From the NCBI GenBank assembly GCA_028023455.1, contig JAQFVV010000008.1, forward strand, positions 14,136,001 through 14,200,000: 64,000 bases of DNA. Reading direction: 5' to 3'. This document shows, in pieces, positions 11,617-24,703 of the stretch. The DNA comes from Epiperipatus broadwayi. Taxonomy: Eukaryota; Animalia; Onychophora. Below the pieces are notes generated by a model. That model was given only the letters and a program-made list of their open reading frames with translations, did no database searches and was not told where the DNA came from. The stretch's first letter is position 1; every line of letters starts with the position of its first letter. The position numbers and the translations under genes were made by a program.

Positions 11617-13800
11617 TTGTATTTTTTTTTAATATACTACTACTTATATATAGATTTAATTTTTTTTTATATCTAAACTTTTTAGAGTCGTTTTGCCAAT
11701 AAAGATTTTCACATACATTTTTCTTGTTGGTTGTTCTCAGGTTTGTCATATCTATAATAATCCTAAGTATTGATCAGTTTCATTTATAATAATCAGTATA
11801 TATATATATATACATACACACACACACACACACTTAAATCATTTACAACACTCTTAGTTGACTTTCCTTTCTTTTTTATATTTATAGGTTTTATATCACT
11901 TTTATTACATTTTTTAAAAACCATGTCTTATTTTTTATCCTCATTTGTTTTCCAGCAAATTTTCTCTGTTTCTTTGAGTGCACGTTCTGCAAATTTTTAG
12001 TATCCATTTACAATTTGTCACTAAATGTTCAGTCTGTTTGCAACAAAAATATTAGATTAAATAAAACAATTTCTTATATCTTCATATAAATCTGATTTTC
12101 TTTTTTCTATTTATGAGAAAAAATTGTTGGTTAAATAGCTAACTTGGTTTTTCTAGTATATTTGAAATTTCATATTTTTTTTGGCTTGCTGTTTCTTTGT
12201 GAGCTATACTTTTCACAATAACTTTTTATATGATAGTTTTGTATCCACCAATAACTACTGATGAATTTTGTTATTTCTTGTTGAGAATTGTTCAAGAAGG
12301 CTTCTTCCAAATACTTATAAAATCATGCCTTAACCAGAATTTGGAGAGCAGTTTCATATTTCATGACTTTTTTTTCTAGCATATATTTTTGAAATGTAGA
12401 TGGTTATTGCATTATGAAGGACTTGGAATTAAATATTAAATTGTATATACTGACATCTGCATACGTTATATTTTCAATAGCATTTGAGGTACAAAGCTTA
12501 TTTGTCGTCTTAATTTTAGCATTAGAAAATCATAGTAAAATGATGAAAATACTTTTGTTATCTATTTTATGAGAAAATATTTTTCTACATGAAACTCTCT
12601 CATCATTCATGTTAAAACTTTGTATACACACAGTTGTATTATTATTTTTTTCTATACCGAATGTTTTGAATTGTAATTTATATATTGGTTTTCCCCTGAA
12701 AATGTGTCCAGTTGCAGTATTAATTACAATAGCATTATTCCTGAATAAGTTTTACAGAATCTCCTACATGAATTAACTTACCAATATGGTTGCTTTGGTT
12801 CATCAACATTATCTTGTCACATGTGTCAATTTGCAGATTCTCTGAATATCTTTAGTCAAACCCACAGTGACCAGGCTTACTTTAACAAGAAAGAAAATGG
12901 TGACATATTTCTGACAATAATTTAATATTCAATTATTTGCAGATAATGAACTATAAATATGTACATTATACATAAGTTATATATTAATAAACCAGATTAG
13001 CTCGAAAATATATAATATAAATGTTATGTTGTAGTACGATTAATATTAATAAAAATACGTGTGAAACTGTGTGTACTCCAGAAGTTAAAAGTGTTAAATA
13101 ATTACATGTGAAAGTAAATGAGTTGATTTAATAAAAACGAAAATTAGAAATTACAAATGGTTTTTCATATATATATTTTATAAAAAGCAAAGTGTAAAAT
13201 AAGATGGAAAATCCGAATAAATAATTAATTAAATGAAGGATTAAAAATGTAAAGAACAATTTAATTAATTAGTTCAGAAATAATCCCAGAATAGTTTTGC
13301 GAATAAAATTGATAAGGAATAAACAATAGAACAAAAAGTAGATACAATCTAGCGGGAAAAAGTCAGTCAGTGTCAGTCCTGTTTTTCTGAGAGACTTATG
13401 TGTAGCGTGAATTTCGGAACAGGACCAACGAGGGGAGGAGAACCAGATATTCGGGTCTGAAGGTACTAAAGACCGACCTAGGGTAATTATACAGACTATA
13501 CCTGTCATTATTATTTTTGTAAGCCTTACAGGTGCTGGTAAACTACTGATAATCCTGTTTATAAATGCTTGTTAATTTTTATACTAATAAAATCTTGTAT
13601 CTGTTAAGTAGGATATCTTAATTTCATGCAAGAGAGTAATAGTTACTTGAATTAGCTGTATTTGATTATTTCTCGTAAGTAACATTAAATCAAGTACATC
13701 ACAATTTTGGCGCAGTCAGGAGAAAACCTGTTTTTCAAGCTTTATGAAAGAAGTTTACCCAACAGTAATTCAGAAGTCGGTGAGTTATTAAAGAATTAAA

Positions 13801-14538
13801 ATGTCGATAGGACAAGCTAATACATCGGAATTTGGGATAGATAATCCGCACGAATGGCCCTTTTATGTGCTTCAATTACAAAATTATTTTAAGTTAAATA
13901 GTATTATTGAAAATGACAGGAAAGTAGCAGCGTTATTATGTTTGTCAGGTAGAAAAGTTATTGAAATAGTAAGCAAATTGTATAATAGACAGGTTACAGA
14001 TAGTAGTAACTACGATGAACTGGTTCAAAGACTAACAGATTATTTTAGCCCAAGACCTTCGAAGTATTTAGCTAGGTTAAAATTGAGGAACTGCAAACAA
14101 GACAAACTCGAATCGATTAAAGAATATGATATTGTTCTACGCCAATTAGCAAAGAATTGCGAATATGGCGACTTTGTGGAACAAATTCTTATTGATCAGT
14201 TATTATGGGGAATGAAGGACGATAAATTGCGTCAATCATTATTAATTGAAACTCAGATAACATATGAAGGTGCTATTCAAAAGGGAATAGTATACGAATC
14301 AGTGGTAGAACAAGCTTTAGCTTTTTCAAATAGAACGGAGGAAAACTCTAGGAATAATATTTTTAAAATAGAGAGAAAGTATAAGGATTGTACTAAAGAA
14401 GGGAAAAGTTTCGAAATAAAATGTTTTTGTTGTGGAAAAGTAGGTCATTTGTCTAAAAGCTGCAAATGGAGGAACGAAAAATGTTACAACTGTGGAGGCA
14501 AAGGTCATTTAGCAGCAGTGTGCAAAAAACCTAAATGA
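13801..14538 (+). CDS. gag: Gag with two CCHC zinc knuckles
   Basis: 245-aa ORF with CFCCGKVGHLSKSC and CYNCGGKGHLAAVC. Tandem knuckles are typical of the Mag clade. Confidence 0.92.
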   Translation: MSIGQANTSEFGIDNPHEWPFYVLQLQNYFKLNSIIENDRKVAALLCLSGRKVIEIVSKLYNRQVTDSSNYDELVQRLTDYFSPRPSKYLARLKLRNCKQDKLESIKEYDIVLRQLAKNCEYGDFVEQILIDQLLWGMKDDKLRQSLLIETQITYEGAIQKGIVYESVVEQALAFSNRTEENSRNNIFKIERKYKDCTKEGKSFEIKCFCCGKVGHLSKSCKWRNEKCYNCGGKGHLAAVCKKPK

Positions 14539-14619
14539 AAACCTGAATATGGTAAAGATCAGAAACAGTGGAAAACAATAATTAAAAGAAATATCTTAAA
14601 AAATGAGTAGGATCAATTA

Positions 14620-17206
14620 ATGCTAGAGATTAAGTTAAGTAACAAAAGAGTAGAAATGGAAATAGATAGTGGCTCAGGAATTTCTTTAATATCCATGAAA
14701 AAGTGGAAGGAAATATCCACAGATAGCCCTCAGATTAAAATACAGAAAGCTAACATTAACGTTAGAGATGTAAACGGGAACCCGATCAAGTTAATTGGGA
14801 AATCCAAAGTAATAGTTGGTTTTAAAAATAAAAACTACAAATTACCTATATATATAGTAGATAAAGATATTAGTCCATTAATAGGAAGAAACTGGTTTAA
14901 AGACTTAGGCATTAAAATTAATATAGTTAAAAAGGTCTTGGTTGAAAAAGAAATGATAGAGTTATATCCGAATTTATTTACCGAAGATTTAGGTTTGATA
15001 AAATCAAAGCCCATTGACTTGCACTTAAATGAAAATGCTAAACCGGTTATTTGTAAACCGAGAAAAATACCGTTTGCCCAAAGGCAGTTAGTAGAGGAAA
15101 AAATAGAAGTGTTAGTTAAAAAAGACATGTTATCCCCAATCGAGGAGGCAGATTGGGCCACGCCGATTGTTGTGTTAGCAAAACCAGATGGAAAAATTAG
15201 GCTGTGTGGAGATTATAGAACAACAGTAAATAATTATCTTAATAAAGAAGCTTACCCGGTGCTGAATGTACGTGAGATTCTCAGTAATCTAGCTAAAGCA
15301 AAAAATTTTGCGAAATTGAATTTAAATTCGGCATATCACCAACTAAAAGTTACGGATGATGCAGCTCAGTTATTGGCAATTACGACCCCTTTTGGATTAT
15401 TCAAATGTAGTCGTCTCCCTTTTGGAATTACATCAGCTCCAAACATATTTCAAGCAAAAATAAATTCAATATTACAAGGCTTGGAAGGAGTGATGCCATA
15501 TTATGACGACATTTTGATTACTGCGACGTCACCAGAGAAATTAAGAAGTAAAATTTGGAAAGTATGCGAAAAACTAAATAACGCAGGGTAAAATTAAATG
15601 TTAAAAAATGCGTTTGGGAAACTGAAGAATTAAAGTTTTTAGGCCATCTTATTTCGGAAAAAGGGAAAAGTCCGTTAACTGATAAAATTAGGGCAGTCAA
15701 AGATGTTCCAAGCCCAATAAATGTCAAGCAACTTCAAGCTTTCCTAGGTTTGATTAATTTTTTTGAACCTTTTCTAAAGAACAAAGCGATGGTCGCAACT
15801 CCTCTATACAAACTGCTATGCAAAGATCAGAAATGGATTTGGAATACCAAACATGAAAAAGCGTTTAAAGCAGTTAAGGAATTGTTAACCTCTAGTAGCT
15901 TATTAGTGCATTTTGATAGCGACAAAGACATCACTATTACTACAGATGCATCACAATACGGAATCGGAGCAGTTTTAGCGCATCAAATAGACGGTCATGA
16001 ACGTCCTGTAGCTTACGCTTCTCGGACTTTGTCTAAAGCTGAAAAAAATTATAGTCAGCTGGACAAAGAAGCTTTGGCAGTTATGTTTGCTGTGAAAAAA
16101 TTTCACCAGTTTATTTATGGACGAAAATTTGAATTAGTAACAGATCACAAATCTTTGTTAGGGATTATAGGAAAAGATTGTCCGATGCCAGAACATTTAA
16201 GTCCATGCATGCTCAGATGGGCTAATACACTTACTGCTTACGATTTCAATCTAAAATATCAAAAAGGAAAGATAATTTCTCATGTGGATGCTCTATCCAG
16301 AGTGCCCGAAAATAATGACAACTATGAAACTGATGTGGAAGTTAATCATATTGACAATATGAAATCACAAGTCATAAATAATAAAGTAGTGCAGACATAG
16401 ACAAATGAAAATGACGGGTATGCGTTGCTTAGGAAATGGATAAGCAAAGGTTAGCCTAATAAAAAACCTGAAAATTTAGCAATGGGGTTTTGGGTCAATA
16501 GAGACCAATTGTCGGTCTGTAAAGGGTGTATTAATATGGGAGACAGAGTAGTTATACTTCCTATAGGGAGAATGAAAGTTCTAGAACTTTTGCATCAGGG
16601 CACCCAGGCATTGTGCGAGCTAAAGCTCTAGCTCGGAGTTATGTTTGGTGGCCGCAGATAAGTAATGATATTGAAAAGTATATTAAGAAATGTGATAAAT
16701 GTAAGTCTGAAATAGCTCTGCCGAATAAACAATATTCTTCTTGGCCTAAACCAATATATCCATGGCAAAGACTGCATATAGACCATGCGGGTCCAATAGA
16801 GGGAAGAAATTATTTAATTTTAATCTATGCTTTCTCTAAATGGATAGAATATCACGAGGTTAAAAATACGAGTGCAAATGAAACAATAAAATGTTTAACA
16901 GACATATTTTATATACATGGATTTCCACAAGTAATCGTCTCTGACAACGGAACTGGATTTGCGACTGAAGAACTAAAAATACAATTTGGGAAATGGGACA
17001 TCAAACATGTATTTACACCCCCTTACCACCCTGAATCAAATGGTTTGGCGGAAAACGCAGTAAGGCAAGTGACGAAATATTTAAGAAAAAACAAAAATAC
17101 GGATATGAAAAACGTCTTACAGGAATTCATGATGTATCAACATATAATTCCATCAACAATGACTGGAAAATCGCCAACTGAAATGTTATTCGGTCGGAAA
17201 ATATGA
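14620..17206 (+). pseudogene. pol: Pol (aspartic protease, RT, RNase H, integrase) broken by stops and frameshifts
   Basis: IDSGSGIS (protease). RLCGDYR, LPFGITSAP and YYDD (RT). TDASQYGIGAVL and TDHKSL (RNase H). WQRLHID, VSDNG and YHPESNGLAEN (integrase). Split into ORFs 14620-15591, 15750-16400 and 16613-17206. Confidence 0.93.
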
Positions 17207-20200
17207 ACTAATTTAGATTTTTTGCGACCTGATACACATAAATATAAATATAATCAAGACCCAGTGAAAAACTTTAATATTGGAGACACGGTAATATTCA
17301 GAGATATACTACGTAAACATTGGGTTAATGGAAAAATTGAACAGGCGTGATCAAAGCAAATTTATGATATTAAAGACGAAAACGGAATTATATATGTGTC
17401 ACAAAAATCATATTTGTAAAAGTGAAGATGACATACAACTAGATATGTTCCAGCAGTTTCAACATGCAAATGAAAAGAATTTAGATAAAAAGATGCTACT
17501 GACCGACATCCAAGAAGATGCGGTAGAAGAGGATAAAATACAGACCAGACCAATACGATGTAAAAGAAGACCTTTGTACTTAAAAGAATATGTGTAAGAC
17601 GTATAAATCGTAGCTTCTGGAGTGGGGGAGGAATTGTTATGTTGTAGTACGATTACTATTAATAAAAATACGCGTGAAACTGTGTGTACTCCAGAAGTTA
17701 AAAGTGTTAAATAATTACATGTGAAAGTAAACGAGTTGATTTAATAAAAACGAAAATTATAAATTACAAATGGTTTTTCATATATATATTTTATAAAAAG
17801 CAAGGTGTAAAATAAGATGGAAGATCCGAATAAATAATTAATTAAATGAAGGATTAAAAATGTAAAGAACAATTTAATTAATTAGTTCAGAAATAATCCC
17901 AGAATACTTTTGCGAATAAAATTGATAAGGAATAAACAATAGAACAAAAAGTAGATACAATCTAGCGGGAAAAAGTCAGTCAGCGCCAGTCCTGTTTTTC
18001 TGAGAGATTTATGTGTAGCGTGAATTTCGGAACAGGACCAACGATGGGAGGAGAACCAGATATTCGGGTCTGAAGGTACTAAAGACCAACCTAGGGTAAT
18101 TATACAGACTATACCTGTCTTATTATTGTTTTTGTAAGCCTTACAGGCGCTGGTAAATTACTGATAATCCTGTTTATAAATTCTTGTTAATTTTTATACT
18201 AATAAAATCTTGTATCTGTTAAGTGGGATATCTTAATTTCATGCAAGAGAGTAATAGTTACTTGAATTAGGTGTATTTGATTATTTCTCATAAGTAACAT
18301 TAAATCAAGTACATCACAATAAAAACATTGAAAAGATAGTACAAATATTGTGCTGCCACAAACCAGTTATATAGCCAATAAGATTTGACCAAAGATGATC
18401 ATTTTTCCTGTACAGTTCATGCCCTGTAAATAAAATTTCTATTGCTATAAACTCATTGTTTTTTTCTCTTTACCATTGTTGATTACATGAGCAAGATAAT
18501 TACAACTGTGTCATATTTTGTATGTTAAGTAACAGTATTTTGTAACCCATTATAAAGATACCTAGATAAAAAAAAGTTTTTTTACAATGCTAAAATTTGG
18601 ATCAATTAATGAATTCAGTATATTAAACTAAGGTAATTATTCCTCATGATTGGATAGACTAACATTAGCTAATAAGAATTAAGTTATTATATGACTCACT
18701 TATGAAGTATTATATACCCAGGTTACATCGAAGTAAACTTTAGAATTGTCTTATGAAAAGCTAATGAACTATTTTTGTTCAAAAATCATTGGCAATAATG
18801 CAGTTTGAGAAATCAGTGGAAAACAAAACATTCCTAGATTTTGGTATAAAACTGCATTAACTGGAAAGCTTCTGAGAATTCAGCATATTCTTGAATGGGG
18901 CATTAAGATGTAGTTTTAGATGTGTGATAATAATGTAAGACACGCTTAAATTTAGTATTAAAAATAAAATATTTAATGAAGAAAAAGGTACAATGAAAAG
19001 ACACACAATTGCTGAAATAAAGTTCACAACAAATGTGCAAATTAAAAATCCAGAAAATGTAAAAAAATAAAGCATAAAGAGAAGGTATGTTTTGTTGTGT
19101 ATTAAAACCCAAACTATGTAAAGAAAAAGAAACAAACAAATTTAATGATTTTTATTAAAGATATTGGCAAAAAGGATTTTTAAAGAAAAAAATAATTGAA
19201 ATCAAACTTTTTATCAATAATTACCAAGTATATCTGTAATTTGAGATAGTGTCAGCAGTGTTTGTAATATTCAGGAAAAACATAATCTGAAATAAATAAG
19301 GGCGAAAAAAATTGAAGCAGAACAATGCATTGCTTATTTACAGGAAAATAACATACCATGTTAGGAGAAGTCAAAAGTAAATGTGTGCAGGGGAAAATAT
19401 ATGGAATATTTGCCTTTACTCATATCTGCCCATGAACATAGTAACTTATTGGATTAATATTGGTTTGAAAAGCTGGGGATATTTTCTTGTCACTTACATA
19501 AAAAGCATTCCAAAATGGTTTCTAACAATGTGATGCTATAATGAACCTCCTTGTTTTACCCAATAAGTTTTTACTACAGCTAGTTTAAACATTTCCTGAA
19601 GTCAAAAATAGTAGAGAAGCTCCACCATCTGGAAACAAAGAATGTAACAGAATCTGTTGACTACCTAAAGTGGGGAACATTAATTATAAAAAAAAATGGA
19701 ACTATTAGAATTTATGGAAAATATAAATGCATCATTGCCATAGCATTATCAATAAATAATTATCTGCCTTTATTAATAAAATATGTTGTGTCTCACAAAG
19801 GTAGGTTTTTCTCTAAAATTGATCTAAAAATATATATTTGCAAATGGGACAATGAGTCAGAAAAAATGCAAACTATTTGTATGCTTGCAAAGTTATTAGA
19901 GTAATGATTTAGGATGTGATAGATCTTGCAATATTCCAGAATGTTTGATTGATCAATTAATAGGATTATTTCAGGAACTCTCTATATTTCGATGATTTTC
20001 TTTTGGTTGTCAAGATGAGAAAACAACTTCACATTCATTCTCTAAACAATGACATTTAATAGATTACGTTATAGTTAGGAGTCATAATACAAGAGAAGTT
20101 CACATTGCATGAGTACTTATAAGCTCATATTGTTGGACAGATTATAAATTAATATGCTCAAGATTAAAATGATTGTTGCATTAAAAAATAGATGTTATTC

Positions 20201-21993
20201 CAATTATATTCAGAAGAAAATTGATGTTTGTCCCTTAGAATCAATTATATGTACTAAATTTTAATAGCTATTAAACACAAAAATTGCAAAGTTGGATTTT
20301 CATGACTATCATATTATTGAAGCATTGAATTCGTTTAAGGGATGTGTTATAAATATAAGTAAACTTTTTTGGGTTCACTAAAAAGAAGAATCATGACTGG
20401 TTTTCTGACATTGATCATATTATTAGCAATTTAATTGAAAAAACACACAGCTTTCTCAGTTTGGTTATATAATAAATTAAATGTTGGAACTTTACAATAA
20501 ATATAGAGATCTGAGGGGAAAAGTTCTATGATTGATGAGAAGGCTTAAAAAACTGCAAAGAATATAAATTTTGGTTGATTATGGTCACTACATTTTTTTT
20601 CTGCATTGAAAGCAACATTTAGATCTGAGAAAATGATATTACAATCCTAATGACGCAAGAATTGAATTAATGGTTTTTAGGGACATATCCATTATATCTA
20701 CTTATTTAGATTTGGACAATAATACCCAACTTAATGAAGTCACAACAGCTCTTTGTAATTTTAAAAATGGAAAAAAATGCATGTCCTGATGAAATATCTG
20801 AAAAAGTTTAAAATATGGTGATATGTTGCTTCAAAAATATTGGAAATTTTTAGGAATGTCAGAACGCATGAAGTTGTGCCATGTGATCTTAAGGACATTT
20901 TCATTGTTCCAATTTTTAAAAACAAAGGAAATAGAGAAGATTATGGTAATTATCATGGAATATCATTATTATCCACTACAGCAAAATTATTTTCAAGAAT
21001 TTTGTTGAATAGATTGTTTCCAATAATAGGTGAATGGTTACCAGATATTTAATGTGGTTTTAGAGAATGAAGAAGCATTAATAAATAATCCAGGCTAATG
21101 CAAGAAATGTGTAGGGAACAATTTCTTTTATTGACTTGATCAAGGCATTTGATTTAGTTAATAGGACAGGTTTGTGGTATTATTAGAAATTCACATTATA
21201 CAGCTTCTCTATGATGGAATAGGAGGAAATATTATTACTGCAGGTCAAGGCATTTGAAATGAAAACTGGTGTTAAACAAGAATGTGTACTTACTCCAACA
21301 TTCTTTTTTAGTTTTTATGACAATGGTCTTTGGAATTGTTTTTAGGTGGCTTAATCAGACTAAAAATTAAAATATGTTACAGGTTTGATGGTGGAATTTT
21401 TAATTTGAATTAATTAAAAGCAAAAACCATAACTATACAGGGTATTCTTAAGGTTTTGAATGCAACTTATAAAGATTTTGGTTTATTAATTAATGTTCAT
21501 AAAACTCATTCTTTATCAACCAATAACAGAAGAAAAATCCTCTTCTTTTTTTAGCTAGCTTGGATGGTTATTAACTTGAGAATGCAAATCAGTTTAAATA
21601 TCTTGTTAATTTTATAAGTAGAAAGATGAACTTAAATATTGATATCCAACACAGACTTTAATGTGATGCTGCTACTTTTAACATGTTAAAGGATAGGGTA
21701 TTTCATCGTACAGAAATGATTATTGCAACTAGGTTAGCTATATATAGAACTTATTTTGCCTAATTTATTGTATGGATGTGAAATTTGGAATCACTGCAGT
21801 ATAAAGGTATTAGTAAATTTTCATTTAAGGTTGCTCTGCAAAATTTTAAAAATGCAATGGCAAGATCATAAAACCATTAATATGTTCTTTAGCTTGATAG
21901 ATATGATTCTATTGAGTCCACTACTATAAAATCACATCTCTATTATATTGACATGTAAAACGAATGAAGACTTCTGAAAAGGGTGTTATATGG

Positions 21994-24563
21994 TGTAACG
22001 GTCAGAAAATGTGTGACTCGTAAACATAGTGCAGAATTCGACCACCATACAGAACAGCAGCACCATCGAGTAGCAAAGCCACCCGTGGTACTGAGTTCGA
22101 ACATAGTTTATCGGTTCCACAATACAATCCATGAAACAACGCATCTGATGCGACATTAGTAAATATTTCCTTAGGCACGGTGGTCAGGGATATGCAAGAG
22201 ACTCATGATTTTATTCTCGAGTTAGCCAATAACCAAACTAATATTAATTTAACATTCATATTTACATAATCGAGGAAATATTATATAGAATGGGTATCGA
22301 ATAAATGAAACGTAATGCAGACATATAGTTAAAATTATTTATTAACACATTTTAAGAAGACAATCTAATAATATTTTATAGACTAACAGCTTCAGTAGCA
22401 GGATTTGCGACATGATTATATTTTAAAGAATACATTTATTTATTTAGACATTATTTTATATCGAGGATTTCAGCAGCGGTATTTCCGATACCGTAATGTT
22501 TACAAAAGGAATACATTTATTTGAAGGCGTAATCTAGCTACCTAAAATTCTCGAGTAAGTATTTCTAATGCGTGCCTTGGGGAATTTATACCTTTGCAAT
22601 GCAAGAGTCTAAAGTATGGGTTATAAGAGTAATGGCAGACATATATTTATTTAATTAAAATATTTATTTATAACTAAGGGCAAACATTTATTTGAGAGTG
22701 ACTTATGAAGATAATGCAGAGGCGGAGTGATATGTTTAGAATAATAAAACTAAGCAAAGGAACACGTGGTACGCTTTAGAAAGGCGATATGGAATGGCAG
22801 TATATTGAAACTGCAATGCCGCGAATGGGTTTATAAGAATATCAGACTGGTCTCTGCCTCGGTCCGACGAAGTAAGGTGTCACATAAGCATAACCAGGGA
22901 CAAGTGGTACGTGGCGCAATTTTGCCGGCTGGCTGCATGACATTGTCAAGTCCTACGGGAGCACTCATTATGCCCGCTTGTGTAGGACGACTGGGGTTAA
23001 TTTCAACCCTGAAGAATCCGGAAATTTCACGGCGGAATGGGTCATCGCGTCTCTAAAACGTAACACATGTATACTGTATAAACGGTTATGATGAGATTTA
23101 AGTAGATTTCTGACTTGGCCCTACATTACCAACATTTACTCAAGAACTCTGGCAACTCTCAAAGAAATGGGATTTTCTAGAATTATTCATTAGATTTAAT
23201 AAATACAATATATATATAAACTGGGAGTTATTACACTAATATGCCAGCCATTTGCGAAGTAGTAGACCCTGCATTACAATAATGATGCACTGAATGCGTG
23301 TCGATTTATATGAAAGTGAAGTTATTAAGGAAAGTAAATATTAATGAAAATTTGACACGCATTCTTTGTTTCAAGCGATCATAGATTTACTTTGAAAATT
23401 GAGACAATTATGAGCATGCAATAATTAAATAATAACTATAGATAAACATGTAGATTATAGAAATACGCACCCACGAAAGATAGAGTGAGGTAAGCTAGAT
23501 TATTAGAGAAATTTACATATTAAATTAATTATTCAATTTTACTTATACAAATGATAGTTTTTACATTTTATAAATTTAGATAAGTATTATGAAGAAGAGC
23601 TATAGCATATTATTAGAGTACTCTAGAGTTTGAACACAGACAGGTACCTGTTTTATAAGAAGTTTCCTTATTCCATGAGTTTAGCAGCAAAAAGTTCACG
23701 AGTGGCAAGTCTTTCTTGTATTTAGATATTTTATTTAATTTCATGGCAGCAGCAGCTTTTTCATTTATTTCAGGCAACAGATCTTCATGGTGGATTTATG
23801 ACAGGCAATGGAAAGTTCAGCATCCGATAGGCCATCTCCCGGCGGAGAATAATCTAGGTGCTTTACTCGGTCATACCTTGGCAGGAACAAATTATTTTTA
23901 TATTTTTGGAGATTCTCAGTGATCGAGAGCAAAGCTAAAGTTTTAAGTGAATGTCTCCAGCAAGTCTAAGATGGCCTCTTTTTTTATCTTGATCTTTCAC
24001 ATTTTTATTAAGATATTTTTAGGTTCTATTTAATCTGCCCTGAGGATAATCAATGCATTTTGTTGGTTTTTAATTAAAGAAAGCTGCCGTTCTATTGTTT
24101 ACATTTTACATTTACTAATTATATTTTGGGGAAATTTTCTTTAATTAATCTATTATCTATCACTGACCGATGCTTTTAAATTTCAAAAACAAAAAGGGAA
24201 CATAAGATTATTTTAACTTTTAATTAAATATTACATCAGATATTTTTAGAATTATTATTAAATGAAATTTAAACAAGCAATAAATACGAACTTTATAATC
24301 CAAAATAAATGATTAAAATTATACAAAATAATATAACTAAAAGAAATCTAAATTATATTATTTTATCCCTATTTATTGCGTTTAATTTGAGATCGAAATG
24401 TGTGCGTGTTTATGCTGAATTCTACACATATTTATACACTTCTAAGATTGCTACACACACAATTCGATACCAAAAAGTTTAAATTTGGGCGGGATAGATC
24501 GGTCAGTGAGAGACGACAGAAAAAGGTGAAACTTAAGATTCGAATACGAATCTTACTGTTTCA
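21994..24563. mobile_element. 2.57-kb TG...CA non-coding element (probable large solo LTR)
   Basis: Termini TGTAACGGTCAGA / TCTTACTGTTTCA (10/13 inverted match). 4-bp TSD ATGG at 21990-21993 and 24564-24567. Removing it restores the LINE frame tat ggt gaa ctt aag (YGELK). Confidence 0.8.
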
Positions 24564-24703
24564 ATGGTGAACTTAAGCATATGTTCTTAGGAAAGATAGA
24601 CCATTTCTGTGTTGTAAGGATTATGTCAAAGATATGGTGAACTTAAGCATATGTTCTTAGGAAAGATAGACCATTTCTGTGTTGTAAGGATTATGTCAAA
24701 GAT
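24564..24703. repeat. Exact 70-bp tandem duplication immediately right of the insertion
   Basis: 24564-24633 equals 24634-24703. Confidence 0.95.

Larger units (their letters stand above)
13022..18318 (+). mobile_element. Full-length Ty3/Gypsy LTR retrotransposon, Mag-type; coding region disrupted
   Basis: LTRs 13022-13703 and 17635-18318 (TG...CA, about 20 differences by eye). 5-bp TSD ATAAA at 13017-13021 and 18319-18323. PBS TGGCGCAGTC at 13708-13717. PPT GGAGTGGGGGAGGA at 17619-17632. Domain order gag-PR-RT-RH-IN. Confidence 0.97.

Noticed and set aside
20786-20803. CTGATGA...GAAA as a hammerhead (also TCATCAG/CTGATGA hits near 8938, 30530, 30866 and 34337)
   Set aside because: These lie in TE coding sequence (e.g. 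CPDEISEK, KADEGY, FADD) and lack stems I-III.
22766-23056. 96-aa ORF as a gene
   Set aside because: It sits inside the probable solo LTR, has no recognisable motif, and is expected by chance in locally higher GC.
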